From the NCBI GenBank assembly GCA_030264375.1, contig JASCQW010000043.1, forward strand, positions 87,388,392 through 87,452,391: a DNA stretch of 64,000 nt, given 5' to 3'. The notes beneath the pieces were generated by a model. It made no database searches. It worked only from the letters and a program-made list of their open reading frames with translations, and was not told where the DNA came from. This document shows positions 53,302-64,000 of the stretch, one piece after another; within the stretch, counting starts at the first letter, position 1, and every line of letters begins with the position of its first letter. The translations under genes were made by a program, and so were the position numbers. This stretch comes from Carcharhinus longimanus. Taxonomy: Eukaryota.

Positions 53302-55615
53302 TATGTAACATAACTGTTATATAGCTATTCAAAAAGACATGTTAAAGCAAAACTTTATATACTAGTGCAAAGACTTTGTAAGTCAGTGTTAAGACAGATG
53401 TATGACTATTTAGCATCCTAAGAATATGAGAGGGTTTTATATTGCTGGTAACTTTGCATTAAATCTTCTTTCATAGCTTTTATGTTTTGAAAATAGACAA
53501 GAGGTGCAGGGTTTTTTTACCTGTCACAAAACATTCTAGTACCTCCTTTTGAAGGAGGTGAACCTTTTAAAAAGAAACTGTTTCAGCTGAAGGAAGAAAG
53601 ACTCCTAGATTTTTACACAACTGCCTTGAAACAGTACATAAAGTGAATTTGTGAGGCTTTATTTCTTTTTCTTTTTTAGAAGAAAATATATTTTGGTCAA
53701 GTATTTGATTTGCCTTTAAATTCATTGCATTTAAGTGATCAGTTTCAAAGAGATGTTGGTTTACATTTTGTTTTCTTTATTTACATGTTAAGTGAAGTTT
53801 TATTTTGATAAGATTTTGGATTGGGAAAGGGTGGGCTGCAATTATACCTTATTGTAAGGTTCTTGGAAAAAACTTTCTTTTCGTAACACAGTACCTTGCC
53901 AAAGAGAGAGAGCCTCTTTGCTGAAGTGGGTTTAAAAAAAAGCATCTATTTTTATAAAAGAAATTTGGAGAAACTTTTTACAGGACCTGGAACAAATATT
54001 TTGACTTGGTTACTTTAAGAATCTCTTCATACGACATCTAGTGAGCTTTTGAAAAATTAAAACCAGGAAATTTCCAGTGGCTGGCATTTATTGGAAAGAC
54101 TTGTGATGTAGAGATTACCTTGAAGACCTTTGTATTACCAAGATGTAGAACCAATGGGCACTGTGGGTTTCATTTGTATAATCAGTGGATCATCCTGGTT
54201 ATTTGTGGCAAAATGGCTCACGTTTAATTGTGATTTCAAGAATTAAAAAGAGGCTTAACATTGAGACAGTGCATGCAAATATATCAATTATTGAAAATTG
54301 GGGGAAATATGTTCTTCCTGAAAGTATTCCCTTCTGTTAAAGCTCAAGGTGTTTAGTGATGTACACTCTCCTGCTGTATTGTCTGTGCTGGAATTGGGTG
54401 GAAAAATGATTGGATTTGCTTTGCGATACAGATTTCAAAGCAGTCGGAATAAATTTAGAAAATGCAAAAATATAATAGACTGCACCTGAGCATTGTGTAA
54501 TGTAAATAAGTCCTTGTGTTATGGACCTTTTCTGCTTTTTGTTTTTGACTACATGCCAAGTGCTGTTAAAAGAACCTGAATGCTTTGTATGTTTTTTGTT
54601 TCTTGTAGACTGCATTAACATTACTTGAAGTTTACTTGTTTTGTTGTCCTAATGACCAGAATTGCAGTGCATCAGATTTGTTTGTTGTTGGTCTGTAGAT
54701 AGTCTTGTTGCAGCTCTTTAAAACTATAGTGACACTGCTTTTGTTATATATGCATTTGTGGTACAATGGGTAAAGCCACAGTTTGAACAAATATGCTTAC
54801 ATTTTCATACTAAAAAGGAAGATATCCTGTTGAAACGTTGAAGTAAATTTGCAATTAATGCTTAAATCACTATGGGGAGATATAGCAGTTCTTTATCATA
54901 ACAGGAATAAATTTGAAAAACTCTATTTTCAGAGAAGCATCTAGCTTAACTTATTCTTCTAAGAACAAATTGGTTGTGGAATTGCAGTCCTCAACCAGGT
55001 GCACTGATAACTGTAGTTAAATGTCCTGCTTTGTGTAAACTGAAATGCTCATGTGCTCTTCCCCTTAGAACAAGCAATGTGCTATGCATAACAGTTGTAC
55101 ATTTATCTTTGCTATTGCTTTTGAATACTGTAGTTATAAATTCTCAGCCTAGTTGAAGTACATATACTGTGAAGCTCGTGAAAGTGTGCACCCATGTTTT
55201 CATGCTAACCCACTCGTTGCTGTCACCTAGAACTAATTTTCGGGCCTTGCACAAAAAAGTTGCAAAAGAACCCATGTGCAGCTTTAAAAACAGACTTTCG
55301 GTTAGGTATAAAGGCCGATAGTTAACATGAATGTTCTAGCCTATAGCCTATTTGTAGCCTAGTCAAATGCAGCAAATTTAGTGGGAAAGCATGTGAATTG
55401 GTCTTCACTTTACGATGTTTATCATAGCACTTAATAAAATGTAAGTCTGTATTTATTTGAAGTTGTAAAGTATGACTAAATTTACATTGGTTGAATAGAA
55501 TGTATGTTCTTTTGAGTATTTAAGAGGCTGTACATGTTTATTTCCTTATATTGTGTTTGGATCATTTGTACTTTTTCATGTTCAGTACATCAATAAACAA
55601 AAGTTGAAGGGAATG
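53302..55615 (+). other. ELAVL2: ELAVL2 3'UTR (long, U/AU-rich, no recognisable repeats)
   Basis: Follows the stop codon and has many U-tracts. Blocks such as gaaggaggtgaaccttttaaaaag and gcatctatttttataaaagaaatttggagaaac resemble the mammalian ELAVL2 3'UTR as recalled. The end is inferred from the AATAAA at 55592. Confidence 0.8.
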
Positions 55616-55630
55616 AAAACTTGTTTTAAG
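55592..55630 (+). terminator. Probable main poly(A) signal and downstream element
   Basis: AATAAA at 55592-55597, several upstream TGTA motifs (55501, 55529, 55567) and a U/GU-rich ttgtttt at about 55621. Confidence 0.7.
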
Positions 55631-57200
55631 GTTCAGTACACCTGATTATTGGCTTTGAACCCAACTTTTATTTGCCAGGAATGTGGGATTGGGGAAACTG
55701 AGAATGGAGTATCTTGTCAGTGGGTAATATCCCAGTAAGCAGGGTTCCAATTTAATTGCGGCAGGGATGAATTGACACAACTTAAAATTCTGTCTCCAAT
55801 ATAACTGGGATTGTGCTACACTAAACACATTGTTTGTTTTGTACATATTTAATCGGTGGATAGAGGGCTTCAATATAACATGACAGGATAAATGGGCAAA
55901 ATTGAGATTTTTCATAACATCTTGAACCATAAGACCAACGCCTTTTTGGCTCTTGCTAAAACCTCCTAATCCATAGCCCTATTCTGCTTCAGTTGTCCAC
56001 TCCCTCTTTGAACTCCCCTTTCAATCTTTCTTGGGGAACAGCTCCAACTTCCCACTATTCTGTCTGAATGTTATATTGAAGGCACTAATGGAATACAGGT
56101 TTTTTGTATGTTGAAGGAACTTGCCATTGTGTCGTGACGACAGTGAACATTAACAACCCGGTGAAAAGTCTAAAGCCCGTCTGAAGTACTTTTGAAAACT
56201 TCTTATCCTCAAACATTTGGCAGTATACTTTTAAAATCCTATTTCTAGAATGCATTATCCTCCTTTTCTGACTTTTCATGTCAGATTTAATATTGGGTTG
56301 GTCCAAAGACATGGTAAAGCTGCAGTTCAGGAGGTAAAGAGGCAGTTTAGTTGTGGCTATGCCCACACGCTGGATTCAAAATCATTTCATCCGTCTATTT
56401 TGTACTGGCTTGCTTCGACTGCTTGCAGCATTGCACATTGAATTAATTGCTTTTGTAAAGGCCTGGAAGAATAAAATGCCATCAGTTTTTAGAATTGATT
56501 TTGAAGATGTTTTGTGCAGGATTTGGGTGAAATGTGAACAATATAACACTTGAGATGTAATCATGGATACCATCTCCTCTTGGAGATTTGTCTCTCAGGT
56601 AATATAAGTGGTACGAACTGTTATATAACTATGATCTGCCCCAGACCTTCAGCGCAATATTGTTCACTTGCATGGAAGAATTTGACAGTAATTATCTTAA
56701 ACTTTGAAAGCTTTGGTTCCTTGTACCATAGAACAAAATCTTTGATTTCATTCTTTTATCGTCTAATTCAGATCCTACACTTCTGACTCAAGTATTCCAT
56801 TTTAACTACTCCCAAGCCAACACCACCAATTTTCTTGCCAGTATGTATTTGACTGTCCCAAGACGATGCAAGCTCTAGATTGCAAAAGAAACCTGCGTAC
56901 GTTACGGAGTATTCAAAGGCAAAGGAATAGATTTCTTTCTTTACAAGTATTCCCAGGTTTGAGCATAATGTTTAGAAATTGTTTCTTTGATTGCAAGCGT
57001 CATTTTTTTTTCTCTTTTTATGCAGGGAATCAAACTTGACGGCTATGAATTTTGGAATTAAGTGTTGATGTAAGGTGGCTGTTTAGCATAGAAATTTGTT
57101 AGAAAAATTGTTCAAACAAAGAATTGCCAGAGACTGGCTAGTTGCCAACAATCTAATATTGATGATTCTCCTTTAATGCCCATTATTATTTTTGCTCGTT

Positions 57201-57290
57201 GGTGATTCACCTGATGAAGGAGCAGTGCTGCGAAAGCTCATGATTCCAAATAAACCTGTTGGATTGTGACCTGGTGCTGCGAGCCTTCTG
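57201..57290 (+). mobile_element. Single arm of the 41388-41623 Penelope-type element with a hammerhead-like core
   Basis: cac-CTGATGA-aggagcagtgctgc-GAAA-gc-TC-atga, then ccaaataaacctgttgga...ctggtg as in 41528-41605. Confidence 0.8.
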
Positions 57291-59288
57291 GGACAGGGAA
57301 GTAAGGCCGAGAAACTGACTAGGGTTTGCCTTTGGAAGAAAAGGTGCCTCCTATAAAATAGATGAAAGTTTTTTAGGAAAACAAAAATACTTTGGCATGC
57401 CTCTTTTCTGCTTGCCTTACTCCAGCAGAACCAAAACCTCCATCAAATATGGAATAACATACTTTGTGGCCTATTAAGCTCATTTGATGCATGTTTTCAA
57501 CAGGTACAATGAAAATTTTAAACTAATGGAATATAATTTCCTTTGTACAACTTTTTTGTATTCTACATTTGGTCTTGGTGAAAATGGTTACTGCTGTATC
57601 ACCAGATCTTGAGATTTCTACCTGAAGGCCTCGTCCATATGATTAGAACACTGAATTGATTTTGATAGAGAAATTCAAGAGTTGAAATTNNNNNNNNNNA
57701 TTCTTGGCCTTACAGGAAAGGTATTAGGATGACCACTCTCTTAATCTGCAGTGAGTTATAATGTTTTAATTGTGGTAGAGAAGAAATACTGGAGAATGCT
57801 GAAACAGATTGGACGTACTTAAAATCGTTTTATGGATTTTGCCACTTCCTCTAATTTCTGGAAGTAATTTTCAAAATACTAACAAAAGCATTTTTCATCA
57901 GGAAGTACTTTCACAATGAGTTTCAAAGCTCTCCATTGTTTCAGAAGTTCAGCTTCCTATTTTCAACATGCCTCATTCCAAATCCTTAATTCCACTTGAA
58001 TACTCATTTCATTTTCATCTTTCTTCACTGCCCAAGTGCAACTGGCATCATCATGGATACACTTAAAGGAAAGTTCTACTAAATTTTCTACCTGACCCTC
58101 AAGCTAAGACATCAAAACATCTAGCAACTCTAGTTAGTTAGTTTCCAGACATTCAATATGCACATGAATTGTTAAATTTCTTTGATCCCATAACAGGATA
58201 AATAGACTCCTTTTATGGAATTGAATATTTCATTGTACATTCAAAATAAGATGCAGCTACCCAAGATCAAATAATATAAACAAAGATTTATAGTGATGAA
58301 CAGCCAAAAACCCATTTGTGTCCAATCATGTCTAAAGGCCATGTAATTGCCTGAGGGGTAAAAATCCAGAACAATTATGGGGGAAGGGGGAAAAACTCCT
58401 GTTGGGTGTAGTTCAGTGGGTCTCGAGGGATTAGTAGTCTTGGGTAGTTCCAACGTTGTGCTGATCCCAGGGTGTGGTCATGTGTTCTGTTGCTTCACTC
58501 TGGGCAGCACTGTACTCAGTCCCATGTTAACATGTAATATGCTAGATCTTTATTCCAGACCCCTGTTTATCTAAAATACTTGCAACTAATCCCAGTTATC
58601 CCCATGTATTTGCATCATTATGGCTCCTCCTTCCACCAGTTGAGTTCATGGGTATTGAAAGGCTTTGTTGCCCTTCCAGATCTTGTTCTCACTGATGTTG
58701 GCGAGTGAACAGTAGCTCTGCTGCTGCAGGTGAACTTTGTTGAATTGGAGGGTGTCTTCCTCTAGCTATCTGTCTGAGGTATCTTGGGGAGCTGGTATGG
58801 CGGTGGAAGCTGAATATAATGGCAAACTGAGCCAAGTACTCACTTGGAAATTGTGGGCTGTTACCAATCTCATCCACCCTGGAGCATCTTTCAGTCATTT
58901 AACTACTGCATCTGTTTGGTGTGCAATTGCTTCACTTCAGCCTATCTGGAAAAGTGATCCACCACAAATGAGGAATGCTTTATTAAATAAATTGATGTCT
59001 AATGGGTCTGGCAGGGAACTGTGGGGATAAGGGTCTGCCTTCAGTTCTGTTTGGCCAACTTATACACCTGACAGTTAATCATTTTCTCAATTGCCTGAGA
59101 AAATGATTATCACCAGATGACATGCCATGCCCTGCACTTGATGTCCAGGTGTACTTTTTGGAGGATCTCTGGCCAAAAGGAAATGAAGATAACCAGCTGC
59201 TTATTGAAGACCAGGAGATTTTCAATGACAAGTGCTTTGTTTGAACCAAGGTTTTGTCATACCATTGCTTGGTCTCCTTGTTGGCAAC

Positions 59289-61857
59289 GGGAAGATTGTG
59301 GCACAGTGGTATCATTGCTAGTAATTCAAAGGCCCAGGGTAATGCCCAGGGGGCCTGGATTTGAATCCTGTCAAGACAGATAGTGGAATTTAGTCTAACA
59401 CAGTTATTGTTGATTGTCGTTTCTTTTGTGAACTAGTTGGGCTTTTCTTAAGCGTCTGGTTTTTTTTTGGGGTGGTGCAAGGAAACCTGCCGTGGCATAC
59501 GTGTGACTCCAGACCCACAGGAATGGTATAGCAAGCCACTCTGTATTCAACCACTAAAAATGGAACAACAAGGAAAGAAACTAGACAGACCACCCAACAT
59601 TGACCTAAGCACAAAAGTGACGATAGTAAACCCAACTCTGCCTCTGCAAAGGCCTCCTTAGCACCTGGAGGCTTGTGCCCAAATTGAGAGCTGTCTCTCA
59701 GACTAGTCAAGCAACAGCCTAACATAATCAAACCTTACTCAAAGATAATGACAGACCCTGCAGAATTGGTGGGTGGCACAGTGGTTACAGTCAGAAGGGA
59801 TTGCCCTGGGAGTCCTGATCATGACTTTGGGCCCCATGAAATCGCATAGCACCATCTCAAACTTAGGAAGAGAACCTACTGTTTCCCTCACCTCGCTCAG
59901 CTGCTGAATCAGTACTCCATGTTTAATACCGCTTGGAGGAAGTACTGAGGGAGTAGAACGTGCTCTGGGCAGAGGCTTTCTCTGTCCATCAGGACTGGTT
60001 CGGTTGTGCCACCACAGACTGAAGTGGCCAGGTCCTAAAGAACATTGCTGTAAACTGGGCACACAGCAGGTGATGCAAAAGAGAGAAAACATACTTGACC
60101 TCATCTTCACTAACCTGCTGGTCACAGATGAATCTATCCACGATAGTATCAGTAAAAGTGACCACCGCACAGCCCTTGTAAAGACAAAGTTCCTCCATCG
60201 AGTTGTGTGGCCCTACTGCTATGCTAAATGGGCTAAACTTCGAATGGATCTGGCAGCTCAAAACTGGGCATTCATAAGATGCTGTGGGCCACTAGCAGCA
60301 GAATTGCACTCAACTACAATGTGTAACCTTATGGTGTAGCACATTCCCTTCTCTACCATTACCACAAAGCCAGGGGATCAATCCTGGCTCAATGTAGAGT
60401 GCAGAGGATTTTCCAGGCATACCAGAAAGTGAGGTGTCAATCTGGTAAAGCTACAGAACAGGACTACTTGAGTGCCAAATTGCATAAGCAGCAAGTAACA
60501 GACAGAACTAAACAATCTCACAACCAACGGATGAGATCTTAACTCTGCGGTAGTGGCACATCTAGCCTTGACTGGTGGACTGTTAAACAACTCACTGGAG
60601 GAGCAGACTTCACACATATCCCCATCCTCAATTAGTGGGAGCCCAGCACAAAAGAGAAGGAAGCATTTGCGCAATCTTCAGTCAAAAAATGATCCATCTT
60701 GGCCTCTGCCAGATATTGCCAGCATCATGGATGTCAGGCTTTAGCCAATTTGATTCACCTTCACATGATATCAAGCTACATCTGCAGACACTGGATACTG
60801 TAAAGATTTATGGGCCCTGACCACATTTTAAACAATAGTACTGAAGACTGGGGCTCCATAACTTGCCATGCTACTAACCAAACTGTTCTAGTGCAGCTAC
60901 AACACTGACATCTACTTGTCACTGACATCTACTTGTCAATGTGTAAATTTGCCCAGCTATGTCTTGAACCCACACAGAACAAATCCAACTTGGCCAATTA
61001 CTGCCCCAGTAGTCTACTCTTGATCATCGGTAAAATGATAGCGCTGATGATGACTCCTATCAAGCAGCACTTAGCAATAACCTGCTTAGCTTGGGCCCAC
61101 CAGGGTCATTTGCATCTGACATTTAGCCTTGGTCCAAACATGGACAAAAGAACTAAATAGGGAAGGTGAAAGTGACTGCCTTTGACATCAAGGTAACACT
61201 TGACCGTATGGCATCAAGGAGCCCTAGCAAAATTGGAGTCAGTGAGAATCAGGGAAACCTCTGCTGGTTGGAGCCATATCTGGCACTAAAGATGATGATT
61301 GTAAGTTAATTATTTCAGCTCCAGGACATTTCAGGAGTTCCTCATCTACCTGGCACAAGTCGAGAGTTTTGAGAGAATACTCTTTCCCCCTGCCTGGATG
61401 AGTGCAGCTCCAGCAACACTCCTCAAGAAGCTTGACACCATCCAAGACAATGCAGTCGACTTGATCACTCCTCGCTCCTGTCACAGATTCAATCCCTCAC
61501 CACTGACAAACAGTGGCAAGAGTGTGTACCATCTGCAAGATGCATTGCAGGATCTCACCAAGGTTCCTTGGGCAGCAGCTTCCAAATACAACACAACTAC
61601 CATTTTAGAAGGACACGAGCAGCAGATACCTGGGAACACCACCTGGAGATTTGCCTCCAAGTCACTCTCCACCCTGACTTGAAAATATTTCATTGTTTCT
61701 TCATTGTCACTTAGTCAAAACTCTGGAAACAGTAGTGGATGTACCTATACCATGGACTGTAGCGTTTAAGAAGGCAGCTCACTACTACCATCTCAAGGGC
61801 AACTAGAGATGGGCAATAAATGTTGGTTTAGTTACTGATGCCCACATTCCATAAATG
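59289..61857 (+). mobile_element. Decayed APE-RT LINE (CR1/L2 group) with a tRNA-like 5' head and an internal deletion
   Basis: APE end ENILDLIFTN...SISKSDH (ORF 60004-60339), RT start NKSNLANYCPSSLLLIIGKM (ORF 60933-61160), TAFDIK near 61175, C-terminal SAAPATLLKKLDTIQD and tail gggcaataaatgttgg...gatgcccacattcc. Confidence 0.85.
60903..60936. repeat. Perfect 17-bp tandem duplication inside the LINE
   Basis: cactgacatctacttgt x2. Confidence 0.9.
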
Positions 61858-61899
61858 GCTTTATTTTTAAATGTGGATGATTGCCTCATCTTGTGTTTG

Positions 61900-63760
61900 T
61901 TCCTGATAAATATTTAGGGCTTTACTTGCAGTCACCTGCAGGTGCTCCTTGTTAGTTGGGAGTATGCTTCAATCTCCTAAATTAGATTGACAACATCTTT
62001 TGACAGAAGGTCCACTTTCGCCTGGAAAATGTCATCTTTTTGGATTTCTGTCCTGAATGTATACCATTTGAAGGTGGAATCTCTGGATACTGGGTGGCAT
62101 CTTTGTTCACTCTTCCTCTAGCAATGTGACCTGTGGCTCCTGATCTGTTTCAGTTGTGACCTTTTTGGCCAGTGATATAGTCTGAAAGTTTCTTGTGCCA
62201 TTTGATTGAGGGGCTTCCTTTCTCAAACTATATAATGTATGACAGTCCACCGGTCTCCTTGAGCCCAGTTGCTCTTTAAATAGCAGTGCTCCAGCACCTG
62301 CAGATGAAATATGTTGTTGGGGCGGTAAGTAAGAATGGGCCATTGTTAGCCAGTATGTTGGTTTGTTTTAATCANNNNNNNNNNNNNNNNNNGTGCCTGG
62401 CCTTTGAGGTTTGGAATTGAGGATGGAATTGGGAACACTTTAATAGCTCTTTTGCTTCCCGTGGGTTGGCAGTTTCCAAGTAATGCATTGATGTCTTGGA
62501 GAACTCTTCTTATTCGGCTTCAGCCCTGCAGATGACGAGGACTGCCATGAGTCTTGTTGTGCCATGAACTAAAATATTGTCCAATTGGCAAATGACCTGC
62601 TGTAGGCCTTGCAAAATGGCTGACATTGTACTGGATATATTTCAAACAGCAGACAGTTGAAGCAGAATATTGCAGAAGGTAACGAATATGGCAAGTAACT
62701 TGGATCCTTTGCCTAGGGGAAGTTGCTAGTAGACGTTGTTTTGAAAACGCTATGTTTAGTCAGGCTTTCATCCACTAAGACCATTGGGTGTACGTATCTG
62801 CCTTTTGAACTTTGTCAAATTGATGCAAATATAGGTGGACCTGTTTAGTTGTAAGACTGGATCCATCCTGGAAGACAGTGCAGTTGGTTGTGTGACTAGG
62901 GAGGTGACTCACGTTTGTCATTTCATCCAGCTACTGCTGCATTTGCTTAAGTAAGGAATCTTCTGGGATATGAACGGGCCCATGAGTTCAGCACCATCCT
63001 TCACTGATCTCTGCGTTCTTCAATCATCCCAATCCTGGCAACCCCCACTCTTATATTTTTTTAGAAAATGATTTGATGATGTCGAAGTTGACATAGACTT
63101 TGTGTCTGGCAAACGAACAGTGCTTATTTTTATGTGGACCACAAACAGTGTCTCTAATTCTTTTCCTCTTTTGTACCTGGGTATAGTCTACAGAGTACCT
63201 TCACCAGGAGTTTGTCTCCTGCTCTTGCTCTGTATGGGTATATTGTGGGTGGTATCAACCATTTGAGTCACCAGGCGTTCTATCAATAAAATAGGCTGCC
63301 ATATCCAAAGTTTGAGATCCACATTCCAGCATGAAAATCCAGGATCTTTTGACCTTGCCCAGGAAGTGTACTTCTGTGATATCTCAACTTCATGAATCCT
63401 TACAGAGTCTCTTGTATGTTCTGATATTTTGACTTCGCACAGCTTCCCAAACTGACCTAGTCAATTATATTGACAGCATTAGGCTGAAATTGCAAGACAC
63501 TGATCATGCCTGCAGGGGTGCTTTGCTCCCCAAGTGTTGGCATAGTGTCTGTGCTAGTCAATTAAGGTATTGTGTCCTTTGGTCAAGTGTCCCTACTTTG
63601 CTGTTTCACTGGTTAAGACAGTGGGATTTACTTTGTGCTGCTATTTGCTTGCTCTCTTTTTTTAAATATGGGTCTGTGCTGCAGGTTTCAGATTGCCTTG
63701 CAATCTGGATGGCTTTCTTGAAGATTGTATCTTCTTTCACTTGGAGCATGAGAAGGTTGT
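61900..63760 (-). mobile_element. Probable highly decayed Gypsy-like gag-pol remnant
   Basis: Minus-strand pieces resemble RT motifs (VTSLV near 62900; VDESLTKH..F...QLPLG near 62715-62780). Heavily frameshifted. Confidence 0.4.
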
Positions 63761-64000
63761 GTAGAACTCAGGATTGACTGGCCTATTCCTGTTCCTTTGT
63801 CAAGCCTTCTCTACTCTTATCCTTTAAGATCATGACTGATCTGCTTGTTTCAGCTGTGTTTTTGATAGATTATGGGGGTAGATGGCAAAAGTCCTGCCTA
63901 ACTGTCTTGAATAAATTCAATGGCCCAACCTCCTCAACTTCCTGGAAAAGAGAATTCCTCATACTGACTACTGTTAGAAAGTTTGCCTCCTCTAAGTCTT

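Overview
AT-rich vertebrate genomic DNA, very likely a shark or other cartilaginous fish (HE1/V-SINE-type SINEs, CR1 LINEs, Penelope remnants). The window holds the 3' part of one + strand gene, ELAVL2 (HuB/Hel-N1): five coding exons at 9817-9920, 29968-30121, 40459-40684, 52555-52593 (39-nt hinge cassette) and 52974-53301 (stop), then a ~2.3 kb U-rich 3'UTR with tandem AATAAA sites to about 55615. The 5' exons lie upstream of the window. Introns and the downstream flank are filled with decayed retroelements, and there are eight N-gaps. The most notable observations are: a cluster of U2 snRNA 5' fragments antisense to the pre-mRNA; a ~95-bp intronic hairpin carrying two opposed Penelope-type hammerhead cores, with a third core beyond the poly(A) site; a LINE whose 5' end is the same tRNA-like head as nearby SINEs; an exon pair that equals exactly one circularly permuted RRM; candidate stop-containing cassette exons; a miR-430/302 8mer overlapping a poly(A) signal; and several micro-inversions. 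Repeat family names and comparisons with human sequences come from recall, not database searches.
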